Below the pieces are notes generated by a model. The model saw nothing but the letters and a program-made list of their open reading frames with translations, was not told where the DNA came from and did no database searches. 64,000 bases of DNA. Source: an uncultured Acidobacteriota bacterium. GTDB taxonomy: Bacteria; Acidobacteriota; Thermoanaerobaculia; Multivoradales; UBA5704. Positions 18,126-27,904 of this stretch are shown piece after piece (the first letter of the stretch is position 1; the number at the start of each line of letters is the position of its first letter). The translations under genes and the position numbers were made by a program. The stretch spans positions 544,001 to 608,000 of the forward strand of contig CAVYRF010000001.1 in assembly GCA_963770895.1 (NCBI GenBank), in the 5' to 3' direction.

Positions 18126-18276
18126 GACTAGTCAAGTCTAAGCCAGCACTGGCACTTTGTCGAGAACTGCCTAAGTTTTCAGGCAGCTGCGAAGAGGGCC
18201 ATTTTGTCGCCGCTCGTGCCATGCGAATGAACCGTGCGGGGCACCAGCACGATGCGGCGGTCTATGATGCGCTGCG

Positions 18277-20160
18277 ATGAATCCTTCGAGCGATGGCGTG
18301 GCGCGGGGCGGGGCGGCGCCGTCGCCCCGCCGGCTGCCGGCCGGGCTGGCGTTGTTGCTGGGCGCGGTCGCGGCGTGGGGTGGATGGTTTGTGTTCCGGT
18401 CGTCGCTGCTGGTCGGCGGGCGGCGGGTGTTCTGCCTGTTCGACGACGCGATGATCTCGATGACCTATGCGCGCAACCTGGTCGAAGGGCACGGCCTCAA
18501 TTGGGCGCGCCGCGGCGCGCCGGTGGAAGGTTTCACCCATCCGCTGTGGACGGCGATGATGGTGCCGGTGCAGCTGCTGCCTCTGCCGCTCGACCGCCGG
18601 GCGCTGGTGGTGCAGGCCGTCGCGCTGGCCGTCCTGCTGCTCCACGTGGTCGTCGTGCGGCGGCTGGTGCTGCGGCATTTCAGCCTGCCGCTGGCGCGCC
18701 ACTGGGCGCCGGCCGCGGTGGCCACGGCGTTTTACTTTCCGCTGGCCTTCTGGACTCTGATCGGCATGGAGACCGGCCTGCAATCGCTGCTCACCACGAT
18801 CTCGGTGCTGCTGGCCCTGGACATCGTGCACCGCCGCCGCGACCGCCGCTGGGCGTTGGCCCTGACCGGCGTGGCGGCGGTGCTGCTGCGCCTGGACATG
18901 CTGGTGTGGGTGCTCGCCGTGCAGGGATACGTCGCCGTGTGCGGCCGCCGCACCGATCCTCCACGGCCGCCGGCGCCGCGTTCGTCGACGTCGCCAGAAA
19001 CCGTGCGGCCGCCGGCGGCCGCGCTGCCCGCGGTGCGCGGCACCTGGCGGCTGGGCGTGACGCTGCCGCTGGCGGCGCTGGCTGCCTACGGGGTGTTCCG
19101 CTGGGTCTACTTTGGCGCCCTGCTGCCCAACACCTATTACCTGAAGCTGGGCGGTGTGCCGCTCGCGGTGCGCCTGCTGCGCGGCGGCAGCACGCTGCTC
19201 GATACGCTGCGCGCGTACGGCCCGCTGCTGCTGGTGGTGGCGGTGGGGGTGATGCCGCCGCTCGCCGCCCTGCGCCGCTCCGCCGCCGCCCGCGCCGGCA
19301 CCGCGCAACGCCGGTGGGGCGAGCGGCTGGCGCTGCCGGCGCTGCTCTTCGTGCTCGCCTGCGCCTACAGCGTCTATGTCGGCGGTGACGCGTGGGAGGG
19401 CGAAGTGAGCGCCAACCGGTTCGTTGCCTTCGCCATGCCGCTGGTGTTCGTGCTGGCCAACGGCCTGCTCAACCGGGCGCTGGCGGCGTGCGTGGCGCTC
19501 GCCCGCGCCGCGCGGTGTCTGCGTCGGCGTCAGCGCCGTCAGGGCGGCGGCGCGGCGGCGGCGGGCCAGGCTCCGCCGGTGCGCTACGCCGTCGTCGTCG
19601 CCACCGTGGCGCTGCTGTTCGCGGCCGACGGGTTGGGCAGCCGCGCCACCGCGGGCGAAGCCTGGCGGCGCCTGGCGGTGATCACGCCGCCGCTGCACGC
19701 CGCCAACTACGAGCAGCTCCTCACCCAGCTGCGTCAACTGCAAACCTATGCCGATCCGACTGCCGCGGTGGCTGTGACGTGGGCCGGCACCACCGCCTAT
19801 TTCAGCGATTTTCAGATGATCGATCAGCTGGGCTACAACGACAGCTATATCGCACACCGCCCGCCGGCGCTGGCCTTGAGCGAAGACAACTTCGGCGATT
19901 TCGTGCCCGGCCACGTCAAGTGGGACATCGCCTACGTCCTGGACCGGCAGCGCCCGGACGCCTTGCTGGGAATCTGGGGCGACGAACCCACCCGGCAGGC
20001 GCTGCTGGCGCACGGTTATCTGCGCCTGGACGGCACCTGGGTCAACCCCGACTCGCCCAAGCTGCACCTTTCGCTCGATGCCGTCGGTCGCCTTGATGAT
20101 GGCGATGACGACGACACCGGCGGCGACGCCGCCGCCGGGTCCGGGTCAGGGTCGGATTAG
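18277..20160 (+). CDS. GT-C membrane glycosyltransferase (AftB-like)
   Basis: DDAMISMTYARNLVEGHGLNW...VEGFTHPLW, GMETGL, LLRLD, LLPNTYYLK, VGGDAW, IDQLGYND..IAH, PGHVKWD. Confidence 0.85.
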   Translation: MNPSSDGVARGGAAPSPRRLPAGLALLLGAVAAWGGWFVFRSSLLVGGRRVFCLFDDAMISMTYARNLVEGHGLNWARRGAPVEGFTHPLWTAMMVPVQLLPLPLDRRALVVQAVALAVLLLHVVVVRRLVLRHFSLPLARHWAPAAVATAFYFPLAFWTLIGMETGLQSLLTTISVLLALDIVHRRRDRRWALALTGVAAVLLRLDMLVWVLAVQGYVAVCGRRTDPPRPPAPRSSTSPETVRPPAAALPAVRGTWRLGVTLPLAALAAYGVFRWVYFGALLPNTYYLKLGGVPLAVRLLRGGSTLLDTLRAYGPLLLVVAVGVMPPLAALRRSAAARAGTAQRRWGERLALPALLFVLACAYSVYVGGDAWEGEVSANRFVAFAMPLVFVLANGLLNRALAACVALARAARCLRRRQRRQGGGAAAAGQAPPVRYAVVVATVALLFAADGLGSRATAGEAWRRLAVITPPLHAANYEQLLTQLRQLQTYADPTAAVAVTWAGTTAYFSDFQMIDQLGYNDSYIAHRPPALALSEDNFGDFVPGHVKWDIAYVLDRQRPDALLGIWGDEPTRQALLAHGYLRLDGTWVNPDSPKLHLSLDAVGRLDDGDDDDTGGDAAAGSGSGSD

Positions 20161-20170
20161 ACGCGTCCGG

Positions 20171-20383
20171 TCAGGCGCGGGTGCTGCGGCCCTTGTGGCG
20201 GGCCAGCTCGATCGCCGACAGGCCGATGGGGAGATTGGAGCCCTGATATTCGAACTGGTTGCGCAGCTGGCGCCGCGCCCCATGGTCGAGGAACTTCTCA
20301 CCCCAATCCAACGATTGGCGCTCCTCCATCTCAAACTGAGGTTGGAGAGCCGAAAAAAGCATCGCGTGAGTGAGCCTGCTCAT
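20171..20383 (-). CDS. Small hypothetical protein (70 aa)
   Basis: GGAG RBS upstream of ATG 20383; lower-GC segment; no recognisable domain. Confidence 0.4.
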   Translation of the reverse strand: MSRLTHAMLFSALQPQFEMEERQSLDWGEKFLDHGARRQLRNQFEYQGSNLPIGLSAIELARHKGRSTRA

Positions 20384-20673
20384 GGTCGATTCTCCTGGGA
20401 TCGGGAAGGTGTGCAACAGTCCAATCCCACTCCTTATCAATTAGCAAGAAGCGGGCCATAATTCCCGCCGGCGCCCTGCCACTACAATGGCGGCCGCGCG
20501 GACCGTGAGGGCCGTGCTGGACGCTCGCCGAGCTGGTCGCTGACTGCGCTGGTCGCTGATGAATTTGGCCGCTGGCGGCGGTGGTTGCTGGCGCTGCTGG
20601 CCGCTGGCCGCGGCCGCCGCGCCGGCCGCGAACGGCCGCGATTGAGGACGACGCTGTTCTCGGAGGTGCCTGC

Positions 20674-20839
20674 CTAGTGCCCCGCACGGTTCATTCGCAT
20701 GGTAGTCGCGCCGCAATCCGGTCCTCTGGCCAGGCGCGCCGACGCAGGCATAGTCGAAACGTATGTCGAGGAGGCGCAACGCCGCCAGGGGGCCGGAGGG
20801 CAAGCGAATGCCATGCGAATTAGCCGTGCAGGGCACTAG
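20674..20839 (+). ncRNA. Candidate structured RNA: ~165-nt rod-like hairpin
   Basis: 20674-20704 pairs with 20809-20839 (31 positions, 2 G-U, 2 mismatches); 20717-20730 pairs with 20784-20797 (14 bp, 2 G-U); inner stems gcgcc/ggcgc and ggcata/tatgtc. Confidence 0.55.
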
Positions 20840-20840
20840 C

Positions 20841-22646
20841 ATGGATGCCCCAGCCTCGCCGCGACCCGGTGCGACCCGCGTCGCCCCCCCTGCCGACGGC
20901 GCCGGCGAGACCAGTAAAGGTAGGGGCAGCGGTGGCAGCGCTGGCATTGCCGGCACTGCCGCCATCGCCGGTATCGCGGTCGTCGGCGCCTGGGTGGTGA
21001 TCGCGGCGATCCTTGCCGCTCGCCTGGCCGGCATGAGCCTGGACGACTTTTACATTACCTATCGCTATGCCTTGCACCTTGCGCACGGCCAGGGCTTCGT
21101 CTTCAATCCGGGCGAGCGGATCTTCGGCCTCACCAATCCCGGCTTGGCGCTGCTGCTGGCGGCGGCGGCCTGGCTGACGCGGGTGCCGGTGCCGGCGCTG
21201 GCGACCGCGGTGTCGGGCGGTGCGCTGGTGATCCTGGCCGGCCTGCTGCTGCGGAGCGCCGCGCGGACCGGGCGGTTCGTTGAAGCCGCCGGCGCCGGGA
21301 CGCTGGCGGTCACCTCGTCCTACCTGTGGGCGCTCCAGGGCGGCGAGGGTCTGCCGATGCTGGCGCTGCTCGCCGGCGCCGCCGAGCTTGCCGCGGCGCA
21401 CCCGCTGGCGGCCGGAGCGCTGGCCGGAATGGCCGTCTGGTTCCGGCCCGAAGCGGCGCTGGGCGCCGGTCTGCTCTGCCTGCTGGTGTGGCGCCAGGAG
21501 CGCCGGATGCCGTGGCAGCTGGCCGGCGCGGCTGGTCTCGTCGTCGCCCTGGGGCTGGCGGCGGCGGCGCTGTACTTTCGCACGCCGATCCCCAGCTCGC
21601 TGGCCGCCAAGCAGGCGATGGCGGCGGCGGGAGTGGCCGGCGCGCAGGCGGGGCCGGTGCGGTTCTGGCTGCGCTCGGTGCGCCTGGTGGCGCACCATTT
21701 CGGACCGCTCTGGCCGCTGCTGGTGGCGCTGGGGCTTGCCGGCCTGGCGCCTCTCTACGCCGCCGGCGGGCGCGCCGGCAAGCTGCTGGTGCTCTTCGCG
21801 CTGGCCCTGGCGGTCTTCTATCCGTTGAGCGGCGTGCCGTGGTTTCCGTGGTACACGCTGCCGGTCGTGGTGGCGCTGCTCTACGGAATGGCTTTCGCGT
21901 TGGGCGCTGTCGTTCGCTGGGGTTGCTCGGGCCGCTGGGGGCGCTGGCGTCGCTGGAGCCTCTGGGGCGCCGGCCAGCCGCGCCCGCGTCCGCGCCCCGC
22001 AGGCGCCGGGCGCGGGCGGCGCCCTGTGCTGGCGACGCTTCTGGCGCTGGCTCTGGCGGCGCCGATCGGCGTGTCGCTGGCGCCCGCCTGCTGGGGCTGG
22101 CACCGCGCCTTCGACTGGCCGCCGTTCATGCGGCGCTACCGCGCCGCCGGCCAGTGGCTCGCCGGTCACACGCCGCCTGGCGCCAGCGTCGCCTACTACG
22201 AGGTCGGCGCGCTGGGGTATTGGAGCGATCGCACCGTCGTCGACCTGCTGGGCATCGTGACGCCCGCTCTCCTGCCGTACGTGCGCCAGGGAGACCTGGC
22301 CGGCGCGTTTCTGGCGCGGCCGGCCGACTACGCGGTGTTCGATACGGCGCGCGGCGGACTGATGCCGGTGGCGGCGGCGTGGTTTCAGGCCGCCTATGCG
22401 CCGGTCGCCCGCTTCGGCGAGCTCACCATCTTTGCGCGCCGGCCCGGCGTCGCGCTGCCGCCACCCGCGGCGCCAGTCCAATCGGGCGCGCCGCCACGGC
22501 ACGCGGCGGCAGTCCAATTGGGCGCGCCTCCCCGGCACGCGGCGGCAGTCCAATCGGGCGTGCCGCCGCCACAGGCGGCGGCGCTTAGCGCGGCACCGGC
22601 GAGCGCAGGAACTGCTCCGCCTCGGCCGGCGGCACCGGCGGACTGA
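20841..22646 (+). CDS. GT-C membrane glycosyltransferase (AftB-like paralog)
   Basis: DDFYITYRYALHLAHGQGFVFNPGERIFGLTNP, WFRPE, PIPSSLAAK, EVGALGYWSDRTVVDLLGIVTP. Start uncertain. Confidence 0.82.
   Translation: MDAPASPRPGATRVAPPADGAGETSKGRGSGGSAGIAGTAAIAGIAVVGAWVVIAAILAARLAGMSLDDFYITYRYALHLAHGQGFVFNPGERIFGLTNPGLALLLAAAAWLTRVPVPALATAVSGGALVILAGLLLRSAARTGRFVEAAGAGTLAVTSSYLWALQGGEGLPMLALLAGAAELAAAHPLAAGALAGMAVWFRPEAALGAGLLCLLVWRQERRMPWQLAGAAGLVVALGLAAAALYFRTPIPSSLAAKQAMAAAGVAGAQAGPVRFWLRSVRLVAHHFGPLWPLLVALGLAGLAPLYAAGGRAGKLLVLFALALAVFYPLSGVPWFPWYTLPVVVALLYGMAFALGAVVRWGCSGRWGRWRRWSLWGAGQPRPRPRPAGAGRGRRPVLATLLALALAAPIGVSLAPACWGWHRAFDWPPFMRRYRAAGQWLAGHTPPGASVAYYEVGALGYWSDRTVVDLLGIVTPALLPYVRQGDLAGAFLARPADYAVFDTARGGLMPVAAAWFQAAYAPVARFGELTIFARRPGVALPPPAAPVQSGAPPRHAAAVQLGAPPRHAAAVQSGVPPPQAAALSAAPASAGTAPPRPAAPAD
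22474..22581 (+). repeat. Intragenic tandem repeat, 3 x 36 bp (VQSGAPPRHAAA)
   Basis: cagtccaa(t)...gcggcgg units at 22474, 22510 and 22546. Confidence 0.85.
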
Positions 22647-25600
22647 TCAGAAAACCCTGGTAGGCGTCGCACAGGCGGGTGGCGAGAAAGTGGCGCTGCT
22701 CTTCGGTTTCCACCCCTTCGGCGACGACTTCCAGGTCGAGGCCGTGGCCGAGGTCGATGATGGCGTTGACGATGGCGCGGCTGCCGCGCACCGACGACAG
22801 GCCCGCCACGAAGGCGCGATCGATCTTGAGCGCGTCGATTTCGAACTGCTGCAGATAGACCAGCGCGGCGTGGCCGGTGCCGAAGTCGTCGATGGCGATG
22901 CGCATGCCCATTTCGCGCAGGGCGGCGACCACCTCGACTGTGCGCTCGACGTTCTGCATCGCGGTGCCCTCGGTGATCTCGAGCGTCAGGCAGGTCGGCG
23001 CCAGGCCGCTCTCTTCCAGGATGGCGGCGACGCGCGGCACCAGGTCCTTCTGCTGGAACTGGCGCGGCGACAGGTTGACCGCCACCTGCGGCGCGGTCAG
23101 GCCGCGCGCCTGCCACTGGCGCAGCTGGCGGCAGGCGGTGGCGATGACCCATTCGCCGATCGGCACGATCAGGCGCGCCTCTTCGGCGACGGTGATGAAG
23201 CGGTCGGGCAGGATGATCTCGCCCATCGAGTGGCGCCAGCGCAGCAGCGCTTCGAAGCCGCGGGTGTGGCCTGAAACCAGGTCGATCTGCGGCTGGTAGA
23301 ACAGCATCAGCTCGTCGCGTTCGAGCGCCAGCCGCAGCTCCTGCTCCAGGGTGAGGCGCACCAGCGCCTTGGCGCTCATCGCCGGAGTGCACAGCTGGTA
23401 GCCGTTGCCGCCCAGGTCCTTGGCGCGATACATGGCGATGTCGGCGCTGGTCAAGAGCCCCTCGGCGTCGGCGCCGTCGGCGGGGAAGATGCTGATGCCG
23501 ATGCTGGTGGTGAGAAAGATCCGCTGGTCGTCGATTTCAGCCGGCAGGCTGACGGCGGCCAGGATGAGCTGCGCCACCCGCGCCGCGTCGTCGGCGTGGG
23601 CGATGTGCGGCAGCAGGATGGTGAATTCGTCGCCGCCGACGCGCGCCACGGTGTCCTCGGCGCGCAGGCTGGCGGCCAGGCGCTCGGCCACCTCCTGCAA
23701 CAGGCGGTCGCCGGCGCTGTGGCCCAGGGTGTCGTTGACCAGCTTGAATTCGTCCAGGTCCATGAACAGCACCGCCAGGCCGTGCGAATGGCGGCGCGCC
23801 TGCGCCAGCGCCTGCGTCAGCCGGTCGTGGAACAGCAGGCGGTTGGGCAGGTCGGTCAACGCGTCGTGATACGCCTGGTAGACGATCTGGCTTTCGGCGG
23901 CCTTGCGCTGGGTGATGTCCACCAGCGTGCCCTCGATGATTTCCGCTTCGCCGTCGCGGCGGTCGAGCCAGGTGAGGTTGGCGAGCACCCAGACCGAGCT
24001 GCCGTCGACGCGGCGCAGCGCGATCTCTTCGTTGGTGACGCTGCCCCTGGCACGCAGCCGGTTGAGCATCGAATCGCGCTGCTGCGGGTCCAGGTAGAGG
24101 TCGTTGACGGTGGTGCCGATGCACTCGCGCCGCGAGTTGTAGCCCAGGATCTTGGCGAAGGCGTTGTTGCAGTCGAGGGTGCGGCCGTCGGGCGAGTTGC
24201 GGAACACGCCCGCCAGGTTGCGCTCGAACAGCAGGCGGTAGCGCCGCTCGGAGGCGCGCAGCGCCTGCTCGGCCTGGCGGCGATCCAGGGCGCTGGCGAA
24301 CATCTCGGCGGCGATGCGCAGCAGCGCCACGTTGTCTTCGCTCCAGCGCTTTTCCGCCTGGCGGGTGCAGAAGCCCAGCACGCCGCGGCAGGCGCCGCCG
24401 AACAGCAGCGGCACCATCAGGAGCGACCGTACGCCGGCGTCGCGCAGCACCTGGCGGTCGGCGGCCGCCTCTTCGCCCAGCGCTTCGACGCGCGGCAGGT
24501 TGAGAAAGCCCAGCTGGGCCAGCTGGCGCGCCGCCCAGCCGCCGTGGCGGCCGGCGAGCGCCTCGGCGCTGCGCGCCGACAGCGCCAGCTCGCCGGTGTA
24601 CCAGGCGCGCGTGCGGTGCGAGGCGGTTTCGGCGCCGCCGAACAGGTAGGCGAACGAGCTGTCGACGACCGAGAACTCGCCGACCGCGCGGATGGCGTCG
24701 TAGATCGCGTCGTCGAGCTGGTCGGGGGCGAGGTTGATGAAGCGCGCCGAAATGGACGTGATCAGGCGCTCGAAGCGCAGCCGCTCCTGCAGCGCGATCT
24801 CGGCCTGCAGCCGTTCGGTCACGTCCAGGGCGAAGGCGATGACGCCGACGATCTCGCCGTCTTCGTTGCGATAGGGCACCTTGTCGGTCTGCACCCAGCG
24901 GTCGCCGCTCTTGGTGTGCAGGGTCTCGACGATGCCCAGCTTGGGCCTGCCGCTGGCGATCACCTCCTGGTCGTCGCGGTGGTAGTCGTCGGCCTGGTCG
25001 GGGTACAGGTCGCCGGTGGCGGAGCCCTCGACGTCGGCGACCCGCAGCCCGATCGAATCGGCGGCCATGCGGTTGGCGCGCAGGATGCGGTTGTGCTGGT
25101 CCTTGTACCAGATCATCGCCGGCACCGAGTTGAAGATCACCGTCTGTTCGATCTGCAAGCGGCGCAGCGAATCTTCGGTGCGCTTGCGCTCGGTCACGTC
25201 GCGGAAGCTCCAGACGCGCCCGGCCGCCTGGCCGTCGAGCAGCTGCGGCTGCGAATAGCGCTCGAACACGCGGCCGTCGCGGAAGCGCAGCACGTCGAAG
25301 CTCTCGGCCTCGGGATGCGCGTAGAGCTCGCGCACCTTGTGGGTGAACGCTTCCGGATCGACCAGCTGGGCGACGACGTGGCGCAGCGCCGCCTGGTCGT
25401 CGCCGCCTTCGACGACTGCGGCCGGCAGGTTCCACAGGCGCAGGAACCGCTGGTTGTAAGACCGGATGCGGCCCGCCAGATCGACCGCCAGGATGCCGTC
25501 GGTGGTCGATTCCAGCGTCGAGCGCAGCAGCGACAGCGACTGCCGCGCCTGCTCCTCGGCCTGCTCGCGCTGGGCGGTTGCCGCGGTCACGTCGCGGGCG

Positions 25601-26013
25601 TACAGGATGCGCGCAGGCCGGCCGGCGAACTCGATGGCGGCGGCGGTCAGCTCCACGGCGATCGTGGTGCCGTCGCCGCGGCAGATCCATGCCGAGGCGG
25701 CGCGCGGCGTCACGATCGCGCCGGGCAGCTGCTCGACCGAGCGGGCCAGGAACTGCTCGCGCGACAGCTCGAACAGATCCAGCGCCGCGTCGTTGACGGC
25801 CAGGAAGCGGCCGCTGTCGGCGTCGGCGACCGCCGCGGCCAGGGGGCTGTCGTGGAACAGGCGGGCAAACGCCGCCTGGTCGCCCGCTGCCACCTGGTCC
25901 CCGGCAGGGGTCGCGGCTGCAGCCGCGGCCGGGCCGGCTGCGGCGGCGGGTGCGGGAGACGGCGTGCGGCGGCTGGCCGGTCGGCGGGTGTTGGGAGTCG
26001 AGGGTTTGCTCAT
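22585..26013 (-). CDS. Multi-PAS/GAF diguanylate cyclase-phosphodiesterase (GGDEF-EAL)
   Basis: Four PAS-like segments and a GAF; AYHDALTDLPNR, RAED I-site, RVGGDEF; YQPQ, GFEALLRW, LEITE, DDFGTG, KIDRAFV, VVAEGVE. Confidence 0.95.
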   Translation of the reverse strand: MSKPSTPNTRRPASRRTPSPAPAAAAGPAAAAAATPAGDQVAAGDQAAFARLFHDSPLAAAVADADSGRFLAVNDAALDLFELSREQFLARSVEQLPGAIVTPRAASAWICRGDGTTIAVELTAAAIEFAGRPARILYARDVTAATAQREQAEEQARQSLSLLRSTLESTTDGILAVDLAGRIRSYNQRFLRLWNLPAAVVEGGDDQAALRHVVAQLVDPEAFTHKVRELYAHPEAESFDVLRFRDGRVFERYSQPQLLDGQAAGRVWSFRDVTERKRTEDSLRRLQIEQTVIFNSVPAMIWYKDQHNRILRANRMAADSIGLRVADVEGSATGDLYPDQADDYHRDDQEVIASGRPKLGIVETLHTKSGDRWVQTDKVPYRNEDGEIVGVIAFALDVTERLQAEIALQERLRFERLITSISARFINLAPDQLDDAIYDAIRAVGEFSVVDSSFAYLFGGAETASHRTRAWYTGELALSARSAEALAGRHGGWAARQLAQLGFLNLPRVEALGEEAAADRQVLRDAGVRSLLMVPLLFGGACRGVLGFCTRQAEKRWSEDNVALLRIAAEMFASALDRRQAEQALRASERRYRLLFERNLAGVFRNSPDGRTLDCNNAFAKILGYNSRRECIGTTVNDLYLDPQQRDSMLNRLRARGSVTNEEIALRRVDGSSVWVLANLTWLDRRDGEAEIIEGTLVDITQRKAAESQIVYQAYHDALTDLPNRLLFHDRLTQALAQARRHSHGLAVLFMDLDEFKLVNDTLGHSAGDRLLQEVAERLAASLRAEDTVARVGGDEFTILLPHIAHADDAARVAQLILAAVSLPAEIDDQRIFLTTSIGISIFPADGADAEGLLTSADIAMYRAKDLGGNGYQLCTPAMSAKALVRLTLEQELRLALERDELMLFYQPQIDLVSGHTRGFEALLRWRHSMGEIILPDRFITVAEEARLIVPIGEWVIATACRQLRQWQARGLTAPQVAVNLSPRQFQQKDLVPRVAAILEESGLAPTCLTLEITEGTAMQNVERTVEVVAALREMGMRIAIDDFGTGHAALVYLQQFEIDALKIDRAFVAGLSSVRGSRAIVNAIIDLGHGLDLEVVAEGVETEEQRHFLATRLCDAYQGFLISPPVPPAEAEQFLRSPVPR

Positions 26014-26087
26014 TCGCTCGAGGCGGCCTGCTCGGCGCCCGAGAGGACAGGCTGCTACCAGGGTTGCGGCGAGGCCGGAGCCTCTCC

Positions 26088-26093
26088 ATTATA
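26088..26093 (-). promoter_or_regulatory. Consensus -10 box (TATAAT) upstream of the GGDEF-EAL gene
   Basis: attata on the + strand, ~75 bp upstream of ATG 26013. Confidence 0.5.
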
Positions 26094-26155
26094 GCGACTA
26101 TAGCGACAGATTGACCGCTGCGCTGCCGGCGCTCGCCGCCGGCCCCTGGCGGTCG

Positions 26156-27904
26156 TCAGCGGTGCGCGATCAGCAGCAGGGTGCGGGCGCGTCGCTTGAG
26201 GGCGGCCAGGACCTGGCGGGCCGTATCCGGATCGAGCGCCGCGATGGACTCGTCCAGGATCAGCACCCGGGGGTGCTGGAGCAGGGCGCGTGCCAGCAGG
26301 ACGCGGCAGGCCTCGCCCTGGGAAAGCGCCCAGCCGGCCTCGCCCACCGGCTGGTGCAGACCCTGGGGCATGCGGTCGAGGAGGCCTCCCAGGCCCAGCT
26401 CGCGGCAGACGGCTGCCGCCTCGGCGAGCGCCGGCGGGTTCGCAGTGCCGGGGGTGCTCAGCAGCAGGTTGCGCGCCAGGCTGGCGGCGAACAGGTGGTT
26501 GTCGCCCGGCGGCGGCACGGCGACCACCTGCCGCCGCCAGGCGGCCTTGCTCAAGGTGGCGGCGGCGGTGCCGCCCAGCAGCAGCAGGCCCGCATCGGCG
26601 GCCAGCGTGCCGCCCAGCAGCGCGGCCAGGGCGGACTTGCCGCCGCCCGACGGCCCGCCCAGCAGCACCCGATCGCCGTGCCGCAAGGTCAGCGAGCAGG
26701 CGTCGAGCAGCGGCGCCGTGCGGCCGGGCAGCCGCAGGCACAACCGGATGGCGGCGAGCGGCGGTGTGGTGGCAGGGGCGCAAGGCGTGGTGGGTAGGGT
26801 GGGCACGGTGGGCGCGGTCGCTGCCGCGGATATGGCGAGTGCAGTTGGCGCGGTAGGGGTGGGCACGGTGGGCGCGCCGGGTGCGGTGGAAGGGGTGGAT
26901 GGGGTGGGCACGGCAGGTGCGCTGGGTGCGGCTGGGCGTGCCGCTCCGGCGCGGCGGGCCGCGGCGGCGGAGCCGCTGACCGACAGCAGCGGCGCAACCG
27001 CTGGCCAGGCCGCCGCGGCCGCGGCCAGGTCCACCAGGCCGGCGCCCAGGCGCGACAGGGCTGCGGCGGTCAGGAAGACCGCCGCCAGCTGTGCGATGGG
27101 CGCGGCAGCCGACGGCAAAAAGCTGGCGAGCGCCGCGGTCAGCCAGCAGCGCGGCAGCACGGTGCGCAGGACGATCGCCGTCGCGTCCATCGGCAGGGCC
27201 AGGCGCTGGCTGGCGGCGAGCGCCGCGTCTTCGGCGGTGTGGCGGCGTGCGGGCGGCTCCTGGGCGCGATGGGTGCGCCAGGCGGCGAGCGCGTCCAGCA
27301 GCTGGTGGGTGAGCGCGCGGTGGGCGGCCGTCCAGGCGCGCCGGGCTCTGGCATGGCGCAGGCCGGCGGCGAGCGCGGCGACAATGGCGATGGGAGCGAT
27401 GAGGGCGGCGGTGCGCTCCGGCGGGCGCCAGGCTGTGGCAGGGTGCGGCCGGCTGCCGCTGCCGCCCGGCGCGGCGACCAGCGCCCAGGCCACGCCGAGC
27501 TCGAGCGCGGCCAGGGCGACGGCCACGGCGCCGTCGCGCGCGTGGATTTCGGCGGTCTCCAGGGCGAACGCCGCGCCCGCCAGACGGTCGGCATCGCCGG
27601 CAGGTTCGGTGCCGCTGCCGTGCACCAGGCCGTCGAAGAGGGCGGCGCGCAGCCGCGCGCCGGCGCCGGCGGCGAAGCGGGCGCCCGTCGCTGCCTCCAG
27701 CGCCCGCAGCGGCGCCTGGGCGAAAAGCAGCAGCGCCCAGGCGGCGAGCGGCGCCGCGCCATCCTGGCCCTGCCACAGTGCGGAAACCAGCAGCGCCCAG
27801 GCCGCTCCGACGGCAAGGCGCCGCCACACGGTGAGCGCCACGAGCGTCGCCGCGGCGCGCAGCCAGGGCCGGCGCCAGGGTGGGGGAGCCGGCGGCAGCC
27901 TCAC
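26156..27904 (-). CDS. ABC exporter subunit (TMD + NBD), partner of the PCAT
   Basis: GTG start overlaps the upstream stop (GTGA); TM helices; Walker A GPSGGGKS, VGEAGWALSQGE, VLILDES, IAHR. Confidence 0.8.
   Translation of the reverse strand: MRLPPAPPPWRRPWLRAAATLVALTVWRRLAVGAAWALLVSALWQGQDGAAPLAAWALLLFAQAPLRALEAATGARFAAGAGARLRAALFDGLVHGSGTEPAGDADRLAGAAFALETAEIHARDGAVAVALAALELGVAWALVAAPGGSGSRPHPATAWRPPERTAALIAPIAIVAALAAGLRHARARRAWTAAHRALTHQLLDALAAWRTHRAQEPPARRHTAEDAALAASQRLALPMDATAIVLRTVLPRCWLTAALASFLPSAAAPIAQLAAVFLTAAALSRLGAGLVDLAAAAAAWPAVAPLLSVSGSAAAARRAGAARPAAPSAPAVPTPSTPSTAPGAPTVPTPTAPTALAISAAATAPTVPTLPTTPCAPATTPPLAAIRLCLRLPGRTAPLLDACSLTLRHGDRVLLGGPSGGGKSALAALLGGTLAADAGLLLLGGTAAATLSKAAWRRQVVAVPPPGDNHLFAASLARNLLLSTPGTANPPALAEAAAVCRELGLGGLLDRMPQGLHQPVGEAGWALSQGEACRVLLARALLQHPRVLILDESIAALDPDTARQVLAALKRRARTLLLIAHR

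Noticed and set aside
20674-20839. Naming the hairpin as 6S RNA, SRP RNA, a riboswitch or a retron ncRNA
   Set aside because: No clear central bubble, SRP motif or riboswitch consensus, and no reverse transcriptase nearby; left as an unassigned structured element.
22585-22646. 62-bp overlap of convergent GT-C and GGDEF-EAL genes as a regulatory feature
   Set aside because: Adequately explained by repeat-driven extension of the low-complexity GT-C tail.
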